NCBI GenBank assembly: GCA_035084275.1
Contig: CM068750.1
Location: forward strand, 8,060,001 to 8,124,000
Source of the DNA: Hydrolagus colliei
Taxonomy: Eukaryota
DNA length: 64,000 bases
Direction of reading: 5' to 3'
Below, piece after piece: positions 39,042 through 50,700 of the stretch; the stretch's first letter is position 1; every line of letters starts with the position of its first letter. The notes under the pieces are model-generated. The model was not told the DNA's origin. It searched no databases and was given only the letters and a program-made list of their open reading frames with translations. Position numbers and translations under genes: made by a program.

Positions 39042-39430
39042 AATAATATTAATCCTTGCATTTGATATAGCACTTTTTCACATCTTCTGGAGTGTCTCAA
39101 TTTGTATTCACCAAATGGTCAATTCGCTCAGATAACGCATTGGAATTATAATAATCCTTGCATTTGATATAGTGCTTTTCACATCTTCTAGATGTCTCAA
39201 AGCGCTTCACAATATATACTGTAAAGTGAATTGACAGTATATTTGTAGGTGAAACACAGCAGCCAATTGCTCACAGCATTTTCCCACAAACAGTCATGGA
39301 TTGAAATGACCAATTATTATTATTGTTTTTTGGAGTGTGGAGTAAGGAAATTTGCTCAAGGTTTCGCCCTGCCTGGAATTGAACCCAGGTCTCTCGCTTG
39401 TAAGGCAAGTGCTGTAACCACTGAGCTACT
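39042..39430 (-). mobile_element. Full-length tRNA-SINE with duplicated tail
   Basis: Reverse complement reads agtagctcagtggttacagcacttgcc...gggttcaattccaggcagggcgaaacc (A and B boxes), then body and two tails separated by 47 bp of non-SINE sequence. Confidence 0.9.
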
Positions 39431-40388
39431 TTAAGTTTTGCAGTAACTTTGTAATGTCCAGGAAGAAATGTTTGGCATCCAATGCTTTGGTTGAGAATGT
39501 GGAAGCATTATTATTGTGTGTTGCATTTTAAATCCTGTTATAAACACGGAAAGGGAAGGTCTAGCAATTTTTTTTGTTAAATGATGGTGACTTCTTTAAG
39601 TGGAGCTATGTGTGCCACAGTTGCACTGAATGATATGATACTGAATGTTTGGACATACGGCAGCTTTTTGACTGTTCAGAATTCATTTTTTGATGGGAGT
39701 CAATTTTACATTGCACACAACGTAAAACTCTAAAATTAGAAGCTTAGGGATTTGATGCAAGAAAAGATCATTGGTTTCATCGTTTTCATCCAGATTGTTA
39801 CAATAAAATGGTCGGATTCAGAGCATAGTTATTTACTCCACTACTACTACAAAGCTGCAGGCTACTTGTTATCGGCATTTAACTAGGCAGCTGTCTCCAC
39901 AGAAGAAAACTAATAATGTTTCTGAGAAAAATATTTCTTCAAATGCAGCTGACATTCTGTTTATCTGAAAATGATAGATTCATTTTTAAAACACGATGAT
40001 CTGTAGCTGGTGTAAATAATGTGACATTAAATTACAATACAGATTAGCAGCTCTTTAATGATTAAAGTATGGAAGTTATGTGGGAAATTAATATTACCAC
40101 TCAGATCTGCTTATTTTCAGATAGTTCTTTCAGGCTTCGGATACAATTCTCAGATTAGGCCATTCTCTTTTCAAACTCACACCCCCCCTGCAATTTTACT
40201 TGAAAAGTTTGCTCACTAAAATATTTCCAGTGATGAATCATTTTAGACTTGACTCTGACGGGTTCCTCTTACTGCGTGCAGCTCACATCAGGCAGTCTAA
40301 AAAGAAGAGAAAAATGTTTGGAAAAAAAAGGTTTAAACAAGATAAAATAAATATTTTATGTTTTGAATGTTTGTGCTCTAATGATGTA

Positions 40389-40609
40389 CAGTAAAAGCCC
40401 ATTTATCCGGCACCTGATCAACCATAACTTCCGTTTAACCGGCACCTCAAAAAAAAGTCAGTATTCGATTAACTGGAATTTATCTGGAAAAATGCATTTA
40501 AAAAAAATTATGTATTTATTTATTTTTCTGTTTTCAGACGAATATCTGGCATGCACTTTAACCGGCATTGGCCAGCTCCCGAGGGTGCCGGATAAATGGG
40601 CTTTTACTG
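40389..40609. mobile_element. Tc1/mariner (pogo/Tigger-like) MITE, 221 bp
   Basis: Perfect 26-bp TIR CAGTAAAAGCCCATTTATCCGGCACC at both ends; TA TSD at 40387-40388 and 40610-40611. Confidence 0.92.
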
Positions 40610-42337
40610 TATTTCTTGTGTCAGCAGGAGTGATGGACTGTTTCAAATGAATCTCCTCCCCCTTCCTTCTGCCAACAGTGATCTTTTAGTTGAGTATTTG
40701 TGATGACGATGGATATGAAATGTGAGCAACAACAAAATTACATTTGTACAGCGCCTTTCATGTCAGGAGGATGTCCTAAAATGCAGGACAGTCAGTGTTT
40801 TGGACCCAGATGGATTATTATTAAATGCAAATGCAAGAATTATTTCATAATACTTCTCTTAACATTTTATACAGTACTTATCACACTGTCAATTTCATTG
40901 TAATGTATAGTGACTATTTTTTGTGGGATAACAGCAGTCAATTTCCACACATTATCTCACAAACAACTGTGAAATAAATGTAGATCATAATAATAATCCT
41001 TGCATTTGATATAGTGCCTTATCATGTCTTCTAAACATCTCAAAGCATAGTAGTCCAAGGTCCATGAAACAAACATGCCATCATGATTGACAACAGTGCC
41101 CTTTGCAAAATAGTACAACCGAATACCTGTCGCGACTGTACATGGATGCTCAAGAAATGCAATTGTGTAGTAGTACTTTGGTCTAATCCATGGTAATAGC
41201 GAATGTTTTTTGTTAACAAGAAAACCAGAAGTTTCACCACTCTGTCTCCTAGGAAATCAGATATAAGCTACTTTTGAAGCAGAGTTTCTGCATGTAGGGT
41301 GTGGCACAATCCCAGTTGGATTCCTTCAGGAAAATTTAAATTATGTTTATTGAAAATGCACCATTAATGTATAAAGAGTTAATGAACTCCCTTGAATTTT
41401 AAGCATTGAAAAAAATTAAAAGAATGCCCTAATTAGTTTTGTTCTTGAGACAAATTCTTATTCTATTTACAGTATTATCTGAACTTTGATTTCCCCTTGC
41501 ACAAAAACTTTCTTGTATTAGTTTACCACAGGTTTCAAATGACCTGTAACCTGAATCACATTCCTCCTCATCCAGAGCACCTTGTAGGGCTTCATCAAGC
41601 TGCATTCTGATCACTCAACAGGTCAGGAATATTAATTCTGATTGCAGTCCAGTTTCTGTTTGATTTTCCAACTATTTGAAGATGAAATCTACATCAGATG
41701 TTTAATACTGTTCAATTACTGTTAATGGTACATGATGGTCAATGAATGGTACAGTTTATTTGGAACAACACTATTTGCTTTGCTACTAATGTTAATCCTG
41801 AACGTCCTCCCAATGTGAAAGGCGCTCTACAAACGTAATTATGTTGTTTTTGTTGCATTTGATAGAGCATGATGCATTAGTTTACTAAACAATGGAGCTC
41901 ATTTGTGTCGAACTCTGTGTTAGTAAGAGTATATCACTATCTCTGATTTTATTTTGTTCTACAAAGCAGTTTGTGCCAGAGCATAATATCCGTGGAATCA
42001 TTTCTTCACAGTAAAAAGAGCATACTCTGTGCACAATATCTACAGATTATTTCAACACACAGTGAACATTGCTTGTTACTGGAAATTCAAATGCAGCATG
42101 CATCCTGTACACCACATACCAAAAGTACAGTAGCATAGTTGATACTCAAATGTCCTCTGTTATTTTGCTGTGTGTACAACAACAAAATTACATTTATAGA
42201 GTGCCTTTTACATTGGGAGAATGTTCCTTGGAGGATCGATCCAGGTTTGTATGAGTTAACAATTAGCTTTCCTGATATTCTCTCCTAAAGCGAAACTCGA
42301 GAGAACTAGAGAACTACTTTATAGTAAATATATAAAT

Positions 42338-42498
42338 AAAATTGGTCATTTCAATCCATGACTGTTGGTGGGACAATTGGCTGCCGCGTTTGCCCACAAA
42401 TATAGTCAATTCACTTTACAGTATATTCTGTGAAGTGCTTTGAGATATCTAGAAGATGTGAATAGTGCTATATCAAATGCAAGAATTATTTTTATTAT
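42338..42498 (+). mobile_element. SINE 3' half
   Basis: aaattggtcatttcaatccatgactg...caattcactttacagtatattctgtgaagtgctttgaga...atcaaatgcaag. Confidence 0.88.
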
Positions 42499-43130
42499 TG
42501 CAGTGTTACTTTGGTGTGTGGTTGTACTGCAGACTTCAAAAGCCTCAGTAGTTTTGAAGCAGCCCAATGTATCTTAAGGCGTTTGAAAATCACTTGGAGT
42601 TAGGATCACTGATGACATGTTTCACATTTAATATACAGCACAAGGGAGCATGGCATTGTTCCGCTATCAAGAGGAGACTGATACAGTGTTTGGGATAAGT
42701 GTTCAGCTATAATTAGGAAACTATACCTTTTGTCTTCTGTGTATTTTAAAAAGAGTAGATTTTCCAATTCTTTTGTCATTATTTTGTCATTCATAATAAT
42801 CTTTGATTAATTCTGAGTACCCAGAGCTAAAATGAGGTGTGCACTCTCTCTCATTTCAACAGGCTTCCATATCCCTGCCATCGCATTACCACCCCAGCTT
42901 GAGTCAGTCTATGCTGAATGTTCCTTGTTGTGTTTATTTAGAACCATTTTATTTGTATGCTTCGTGGAATTAGCCACATCAACTGAGGAGGCTTGCCTCT
43001 TGAAGTTCAGATTTCTGGCACTCCCCGATGCCACAGTGTCGAGACTGTTACTGGAATTGCTGTCAAATGTAAATAATTATCTGTAAGGCATATGATTAAT
43101 CCAATTAAATTTCATTTTCTTTTCCCGCAG

Positions 43131-43399
43131 AGCGCCAGGACAAGAGGCTTTGAAGTAGTGCGAATTCGCTGGTTGTCAAATTAAGGAGAAGCATCATCAG
43201 TTGGGGGGTGGGTGGGGGGGGGGGGGGGGGGGGGGAAAGGTCTGCAAGAAATCCTGAGAGATATGCAGAGTATCACCACAATGTGCTGAGGGAGAGGAAG
43301 ACAAGAGAGTCATTCATCCCAGTACGGGTTCTGAAAGCATGCCAGCCAGTGACCTGTGAGTAGATACAGTGGAGCACAGAGTGACTTGATCAGCTGAAG
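43131..43399 (+). other. FUT8: 5'UTR portion of the FUT8 ATG-containing exon
   Basis: Strong acceptor ttcattttcttttcccgcAG ends at 43130, 269 nt upstream of the ATG. Mammalian FUT8 also has its ATG inside an internal exon preceded by non-coding exons. Confidence 0.75.
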
Positions 43400-43602
43400 A
43401 TGCGGCCATGGACTGGTTCCTGGCGATGGATTATGCTGATCCTTCTCGCCTGGGGGACTTTATTATTCTATATAGGTGGGCATTTGGTTCGAGACAATGA
43501 CCAGCCAGATCGCTCCAGCAAAGAACTGTCAAAGATACTTGCAAAACTCGAACGCTTGAAACAGCAGAATGAAGACCTGCGGAGGATGGCAGAGTCGCTG
43601 AG
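43400..43602 (+). CDS. FUT8: FUT8 alpha-(1,6)-fucosyltransferase, first coding exon (cytoplasmic tail, TM anchor, stem)
   Basis: Translates [67 protein letters not shown](R), nearly identical to the vertebrate FUT8 N-terminus as I recall it. Ends at AG|GTAAGC donor; 203 coding nt, phase 2. Confidence 0.98.
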
Positions 43603-45073
43603 GTAAGCAGAAAGTCTTGTTATAGTTATATGTTATGACGTCCTCCTGACGTGAAGCGTGCTATACAAGTTTAATGTTGTTGTTGTTGTTCTCCGGCATT
43701 TCATTGGACTTGCGTGAAAAAGCTCTGCAAGTAAAACTGCCAATGTGCTGCAAACTTCTTGTGAAATTCAACTCTCTTCAATGGGGAATAGGAAAGAGTC
43801 AGTTTTGTTTCAAAATTACATTCATTGATACATTTGAGAGCAGGAAAATTCTTCTCTCCTGAGGGCGGTGACACTGAGTGTGAATTGAACGGACAATGTA
43901 ACCATTAATATGAACAAATGTCTTCGCTAATTGTATCAAATGTATACTCGGTGAATGTCATTTGTCTATGGGGAAAGCAATTTAAAAATTACATTAACAA
44001 GACACAAAGAAACTGACTGGGCCAGTGTATTTGAACTGGAGATAATTGGACTGCTCCAATGACTTGAAACAGATGAGTAAGTGAAGATGGCAGAGCTATG
44101 CAAAGGGACAATTAATCTGACTTCATTGATGTTTCACATATACCAGGATGACAATAATACAACATGGTGTGCCACAAAACAATGCATTTATGATGCCAGA
44201 TTACAATAATATAGGATGATGCCATAATCAAAAAATAATTGTGTCATTCCACAACTGCTTAATCGCTAGATTTCTGGAAGATGAAACCGGTGTTTTAGGG
44301 TTGCTTTGTTGAAATTTACCGGGTCGTAAATATCAGTTAATGTAAATCCAGATACTTAAGCAATCTCTTCTTGGCAATTTATTACAACTTTAATGCAACC
44401 ATTTGAAAATGTTACTAAGCCTCTCAAAAAGCAGTTTAATTTGTATTTTGTTAAAACACTATCGCAGTTGTTCACAAGCTTAGTTGTTTGAAAAATGAAA
44501 GATTGAACTATAATGGAAAATGTGTGGCAAATAGGGTGTTCCCATCTATCTTCCAATTCAATTGAATTCTTAAGTCTGAATGTTATTGCCAAACTTAGAC
44601 TGAAGACAGTTAAAACGGTGAATAAATGTACCATTTGGAAGCTGGGCAGTGGTATTGGGAAATTGCAAATGATAGAGGCTGCAAACTGACGATAGAGAAG
44701 AAGGGATAAACACATTGAAGTGTTCTACAAGTTAAGCTAGTAACCTCCTTTGTCCACCACCAAAACTAGAAAATACTTTGCCCTGGCCAGTTGTAAACAG
44801 TGTGTTCTCTACCATTGCCAGGAGTTAGCAGCTTGCAGGTTTATTGAGCAATGGCCTTTTAAGCCTCTTTCCATTGGGAGACTTTGGATTATCTTTGAAC
44901 GAGAGAGAGAAAGAGGGAACACAGTATGGATTTGAGCCTGTGCAAGTGAGGAATATACTGTTTGTACTGTATTATGAGTTCTATATTATGTATGATTTAC
45001 AACATTTTACCATAAAATTGGAATGGTGGATGTTTCTATTGCTCCTTCTATGTCCTTGTAGTGCTTATTTTGC

Positions 45074-45364
45074 CCTGTAGTTAGAGTCCTTGCCTCTCAA
45101 TCATGAGGCCTGGGTTTGATTCCCGGCTGGGCAAAACCTTGGGCAAGTTTCCTTACTCCACACGCCTCATAATAATCCCACCCAAAAACCAACAATAATT
45201 TGGTCACTCAATCCACGCCTGTTTGTGGGACATTGCTGTGTGCAATTGACTGCCACATTCCGCCCACAAATATACAGTCAATTCACTTTACAGTACATTC
45301 TTTGAAACACTTTGAGACATCTAGTAGACGTGAAAAATGCTGTATCAGATGCAATGATTATTGT
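45074..45364 (+). mobile_element. Near full-length tRNA-SINE
   Basis: cctgggtttgattccc...aaaccttgggcaagtttccttactccacacgcc, followed by the family tail. Confidence 0.88.
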
Positions 45365-46885
45365 TGGTATCCAGTTTGGTTTTATTTGGTGAGAATTATT
45401 TTTGTCGATCTCTTTGCAAACACTTTGCCTCATGAATCAACAGGACTTTTGTTTCCGTTTCAGATTTATACAAAACTATTTCATCTAATTGGACTCTTGA
45501 GGGATTTCTTTTAAGAAAATATCTTGCTAGGAATTACATGAACAGGCTGGCGCTTCATCTCAGTATCTGGGTTGAAACCCACCTCTATTTGTGGTAACTG
45601 TTTTCTTTCTCTTATGGCTGTGTAACGAAAGTGAGTTTGACCCATATAAGTTTGCTGCAGGGGCCACGCGATGGAACTTTCATAATTAGGCCCGGTCTTA
45701 TTCGAAGATGGTAACTTTGCTCAGAAAGGTTTCAGGCACAGCAGAAATGTTCTTTACACTGATTCTTTTTCACTACATTTTTCGAACAGAGAAAGGTTAC
45801 TCTGGCCCTTGGGAAAGCTTAATCCTGATTTCGGTTTGACCAAAATGGGAAAGGGTTCAAGCAGGGCCTCTCTGCAAATCCACATTGCTTCAGGACGCTA
45901 TCCTATGTGAAGGGCTCTATATAACTAACCTGTTCTTGTTGTAGCCATGAGCCTTAAGGATAATGAAAAGCACTCCGGGACACTACCCTGCATGAAGGGC
46001 AAGTTGTTGGTTGTTGACAACTCCCAAAAATATAACATTAAAGCAATGAGAAGGAAGGCGTGATGGGTTTAGAATGCATTTCTATTAATTACTGTTAATA
46101 CCTTTTGCGGTTTCTCCTTGTGTGTGGAGAAAGTTATCTCTACAATAAATAAATTGATTTGTTAATCATTTGAAAGCAATTTTGGTGAATTTTCAGCCTG
46201 CTTTTTTTTCCCAGCAGAAATCAGACTTGTCTCTTGAGACGTTGCACAACACTCTAGCATTAGTGAAGCAGAGTTGATTATAATTTGATTGAAAAGAAAA
46301 TCAAGTTGGTCGATGATTAGCTGCTCTCCTGCAGTGGCCAGATTCTGCCGCTTTATTTTCTCACTCCATGGCTGATGTTGAGTTTTCCATACTGGCCGAA
46401 TGCAAAGTCATTGACTATTTGTGGACAATACTGTGCACAATTGGCTGCCGTGTTTTTCCATTTACTTTACAATATCTTTTGTGAAACGCTTTTGAGCCAT
46501 CTCAACGATATGATAAGACACTGTATCAAATAAGAAACTATATCCAATGCAGTTATTATTATTATTAATTACTTAGCTGCAACTCTATTGGAGCTCAGGA
46601 GAAACTCTGCGAGGTAATGCATTGGCTTCATTGGTATTATTGTTGCTTGTGACCTCAGCATTGGCTGCGCCATTGAAAACAATTGAACCCAAGATCAGAG
46701 ATTAACCTCAGGGCATGGTTTCTGCGATCTCCGTTTCCTGCAGCAACAAAACTAACAATGACAGTGTGTTCTGCAACCATTGCAAGGAGCCAAGCAAAAT
46801 AAGTACACACACACACATCCACATACTTTCTGAAATAGGTGGTAGTTGCACAGAACAATTGTTCCACTACACCCTCATCCCCCAG

Positions 46886-46891
46886 CCCCCC

Positions 46892-46922
<31 letters not shown>

Positions 46923-46930
46923 ATATATAT
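46886..46930. repeat. Poly-C followed by (CA)n; comparable G-rich tracts at ~11907-11947, ~21752-21799 and 43203-43235
   Basis: Seen directly. Confidence 0.9.
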
Positions 46931-47442
46931 GCACACTTTCTGTACAGCGGAAGTCTGTTTCTATGTGTGAAATTCACTGGCTGTCTTCCTCATGAAAAAT
47001 AGTGTTCTTGCTACATTAAAGCTAGATACTGAATGTTCTTTTTGCCTGTTCATATCTGAGATCAATAATGTCTCATTGCTGTAAGTGCATCTGATTCACA
47101 TGTCCAAGTCCTTTCATGGCATAGTGGAAACTTTAATTCATTGTCATGTTGTGCAAGAGATCAAAGAATAGCCTAAGTGCGATGATCAAAGCACATTGTG
47201 TTTTCGGATTGTAAGCCTGGCTGCACATTTAGCTTGAGGGGCAATTTATAGGGTGGGCGAGTTTTAGACTTGAAATGTTCTTACATTTTGTGTTTGTTTC
47301 ATTGGGTGAACTACTGAGAACAAATGTGCAATTTGCAGTGTAATGCAATAGTAATATCTCTCCTGAATAAATGAATGACATTTGTACAGTTGTTTGTTAA
47401 TTTGGACATGATAAAACTGCTTTCAAATGAGATTGTTACAAG

Positions 47443-47700
47443 AGTGAGACCGATGTTCAAATTCAGGCAGATCGGGGTGAAATCTTGGGCAAGATACATG
47501 CCTAATAATATTCTGTCCAAAAAAAACACACTAATAAAATTGGTCATTTTAATCCACAACTGTTTGTGCAAAATTGGCTGCCACGTTTCACTCACAAATA
47601 TACAGTCAATTCACTTTACAGTATATTCTGTGAAGCACTTTGAGATGTCGATAAGATGTGAAAAGCGCTATATCAAATGCAAGTATTATTATTAGTAGTA
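47443..47700 (+). mobile_element. tRNA-SINE copy
   Basis: gagaccgatgttcaaattcaggcag...gaaatcttgggcaag...aaaagcgctatatcaaatgcaagtattatt. Confidence 0.88.
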
Positions 47701-50700
47701 GCAGTATTATTATTGGCTCTAGTAATACAAATCATATGCAATATCTCTGGAATTTTTTTTTGCAAAACAGCTATTTCAGTTAATGGCACAGAAATCTGGA
47801 TTTATTTTTTTCCCCCTCATTTCAGTCTGCAGTTGGTTTATCTTTTGCTCAGTGACATAAACATGGTCAATAAGCCTTGACTCTCATACCCGATTTGTTA
47901 TTAGGTCTCAAATCTTCTCATTTATATCCATAGTTGGTGGCAACCTTTGTTTGGGGAAAAACAAGTTTGTAGCTTTTTCTTTGTAACATTTCACCCATAG
48001 TTGGATAGGTTCTAGCTGTTGAATCTGATACCAAATATGCCAATCACTGTGTATGGTTGTTCCCAATTAAAATCAACTGTTCTTGGGTTTCCAGTTTCTT
48101 TCCTTGCCTTTTTGTCAACCTTGCATTAAATCACCATTTAGTTTCCCTTTATTCAACTTACGTTTCCGTTTCATTTTATGACTGACTGTATGTATTCCTG
48201 TTTTTTCCCAACAAACAAACCTGGTCTGTAGAGGGATTTAAAGTGATGGCAGAAAGGGAAGGAATGGACTTTGGACTGGACAGAAGTGCAGCTGCAGACA
48301 ATCAAACCGTGGTATTGTGTTTGAAGTCCCTGGTAAAAATGAACTTTCTGTCATATATCAGGGTCTCTCTATGGCACTGACTCCTTTTCAGAATATGCCA
48401 ACTGATTACATCATTAGTCACTGCTCGCTGTTCTGCTGAAGCTGTCAGCGTCTCATCATTATTTCATTAAAATCAGCTCACTCGGGAAAATCAGTAGCTC
48501 TGTAAAATTGGAAAGCAACTCCACAAACCCATGTTTAGCATTTTAAATTGACGTTTTACGGAACTAAATTGTAAACTCCCACAATAATATCTGTTGATCA
48601 TTTCACTGAACAGATGGGAATTAAGAAGCAACCAAGTCATAAATTCTTTATTCCTTCCTTCTGAAATTGTACAATACGGGTGGGGTGGCCGTGGGAGAGA
48701 ATGAATCACTGCTGCAATTTCTTTGAGGGAGGAAATTATTTTCATGACGGGTGGGTTTTCCCTTGTGAAGTTTCGTAAGCGGTTCAAGGCACTGCCATGT
48801 TTCAAGGTGTTGTAGACATGCAAGCTGTTGTTATTGTTGTTGGTGGTAGTGTCTTTGGTTGAGGGCAGTAATATTCTATTCAGTGCTTGTGATTTTTTGC
48901 GCAGGCATGGAAAACCATGAGGTGGTGACATACAGCTGGACATAGTTATGTCTTTCAAGGCTCCATCCTTTCCAGATAACAACAACAACTTGCATTTATA
49001 CAGCACCCTTCATCGTGGAGCATTGCCCCGGAGTGATAATGTTTATTATCTGGCAAAGGTTGCTTTTAAAAATTCACTTAGCAATGGGCTTGTTCTTAAT
49101 CTTTGTGATTAAAAGTTCACATTTAAAGTGGGATTACTTCTCTTCACTTTTAAAACAAATTATTTTATTATGTGAGCATTTAGTTCAAACCATGTTGCTT
49201 AATGTTCCACTGCAACTCAAATAACCCATTTTCACACATACTGGTCGATTATCTGCATGCTGTGACCTTCTGAGCAAATTCCTATTACAAGCAAATGCCA
49301 CCAAGTTTAATAAATGTAATCACGATTGGAGAATTGCCTCTCCAGTATTGAGTGAACCATTAACTTCCGACTGCTTTAGCTAACGGATCACAGTGTTTTC
49401 CAAAATGGCACTTTAATGCACTTTTTCCCCAATGTTTCTAGCATTTGTTAGTTGATGTTAAGCTATCCCATCAGTTGTGTGAGCACAAGCCTCAGTTTGT
49501 TCTGGTGCAGGTATTTCTGGTGTGCATCAGTATAGTTTGAACCACCTTGATGTGTGCTCACTGAGCTGAGGCTTTTATATGCTAATTTTGCAAAAGGTGA
49601 ACATTGCACTCATTGTTGTTTTTAAAACTAAAGTTTATAACACAGAACCCTTTCAGCAGGTTTACATGGAAGTGTTATGTGATGATGGGGGAGAGAGTTA
49701 TTAAGAGCAGACTCCAGTATCACACCTTGAAGGAATACCATAACAATGTGCTGTATGTGGCAGATAAAGTGGGATATAATTAATTCCTGTGATAATGCTG
49801 GACATAGTAATGTATTGGAATGTGTATTGGTCTTGGGTTCAGCTTGTATCAGTGGGACCCGCTGTACTGTTCTATACTTTATCGAATGGACTGGTATTGT
49901 AAATGGGAATTTCTTTTTCAAAGGGTTTGCAGTTTTACCGAGATTTTGGACTCACTTTGCTTGGTTTAAATTTTACCCAGATCTTCTGAAATCTATTCTG
50001 TGTAATGATTCTGTTGAAAATTTGTGTTCTGCAGATATAAAGACATTTGAAAGTTGAAGCCTTTGTCAGGGTTAAAGACTTTCATTGTATTGCAGTGTAA
50101 CACCAATCATCACTTGACATAAGAGACATTTTAATTAGTGTAGAAAGAATTCCCATAAGTAGTCAGCTCAAACCCAAAACTACCTGGTTTTGCAAGGAGA
50201 AAAAATGGGTTGTCATCATAGCTGTGACACCAAATTTGTGGTCTGTTTATGCTTTTTTATTTGTGCAAGAATTATCAGGGGAGTCCAGTTTATGTGAAGA
50301 TAATGTTGCACTTTTTACGTTCAGATCCACTGAAGTGATTTGCAAAAGAAAAAAAATTGTTGACTCCAGTAATCCCATTTCAAATTAAGGAAGATTAATT
50401 GAAACTGACATTACGAGTGGCATCAGTTAAGTCAAATTTGTTACAAAAATGTGTTATTGTTGCTTCTCAGACAGATGCAAGGCTACAAAAATGCATAATC
50501 TTAATTGTTAAATTAAGCACTCTGAGATGCTACCCTTCGTGGAGGGCACTTTATTGAAGTTGTTCTTAGTTAAATGTAGCTGGAGCACAAGTGCATTTGT
50601 TGACAGGTCTCCTGACCTTCAGTGCAATATTGTATTTATGATTGCTGCTCTTTTGATGACTTTTCTTCAGCTGTGATTTAATAACTATGCAAATCTATAC

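Noticed and set aside
39360-39430. tRNA-like sequence with A and B boxes
   Set aside because: It is a SINE head continuous with the SINE body, with no complete cloverleaf.
43603-43606. ORF-track stop implying a 68-aa FUT8 peptide; likewise the 61495-61704 ORF boundaries
   Set aside because: These are read-through into introns; canonical splice sites join the exons in frame.
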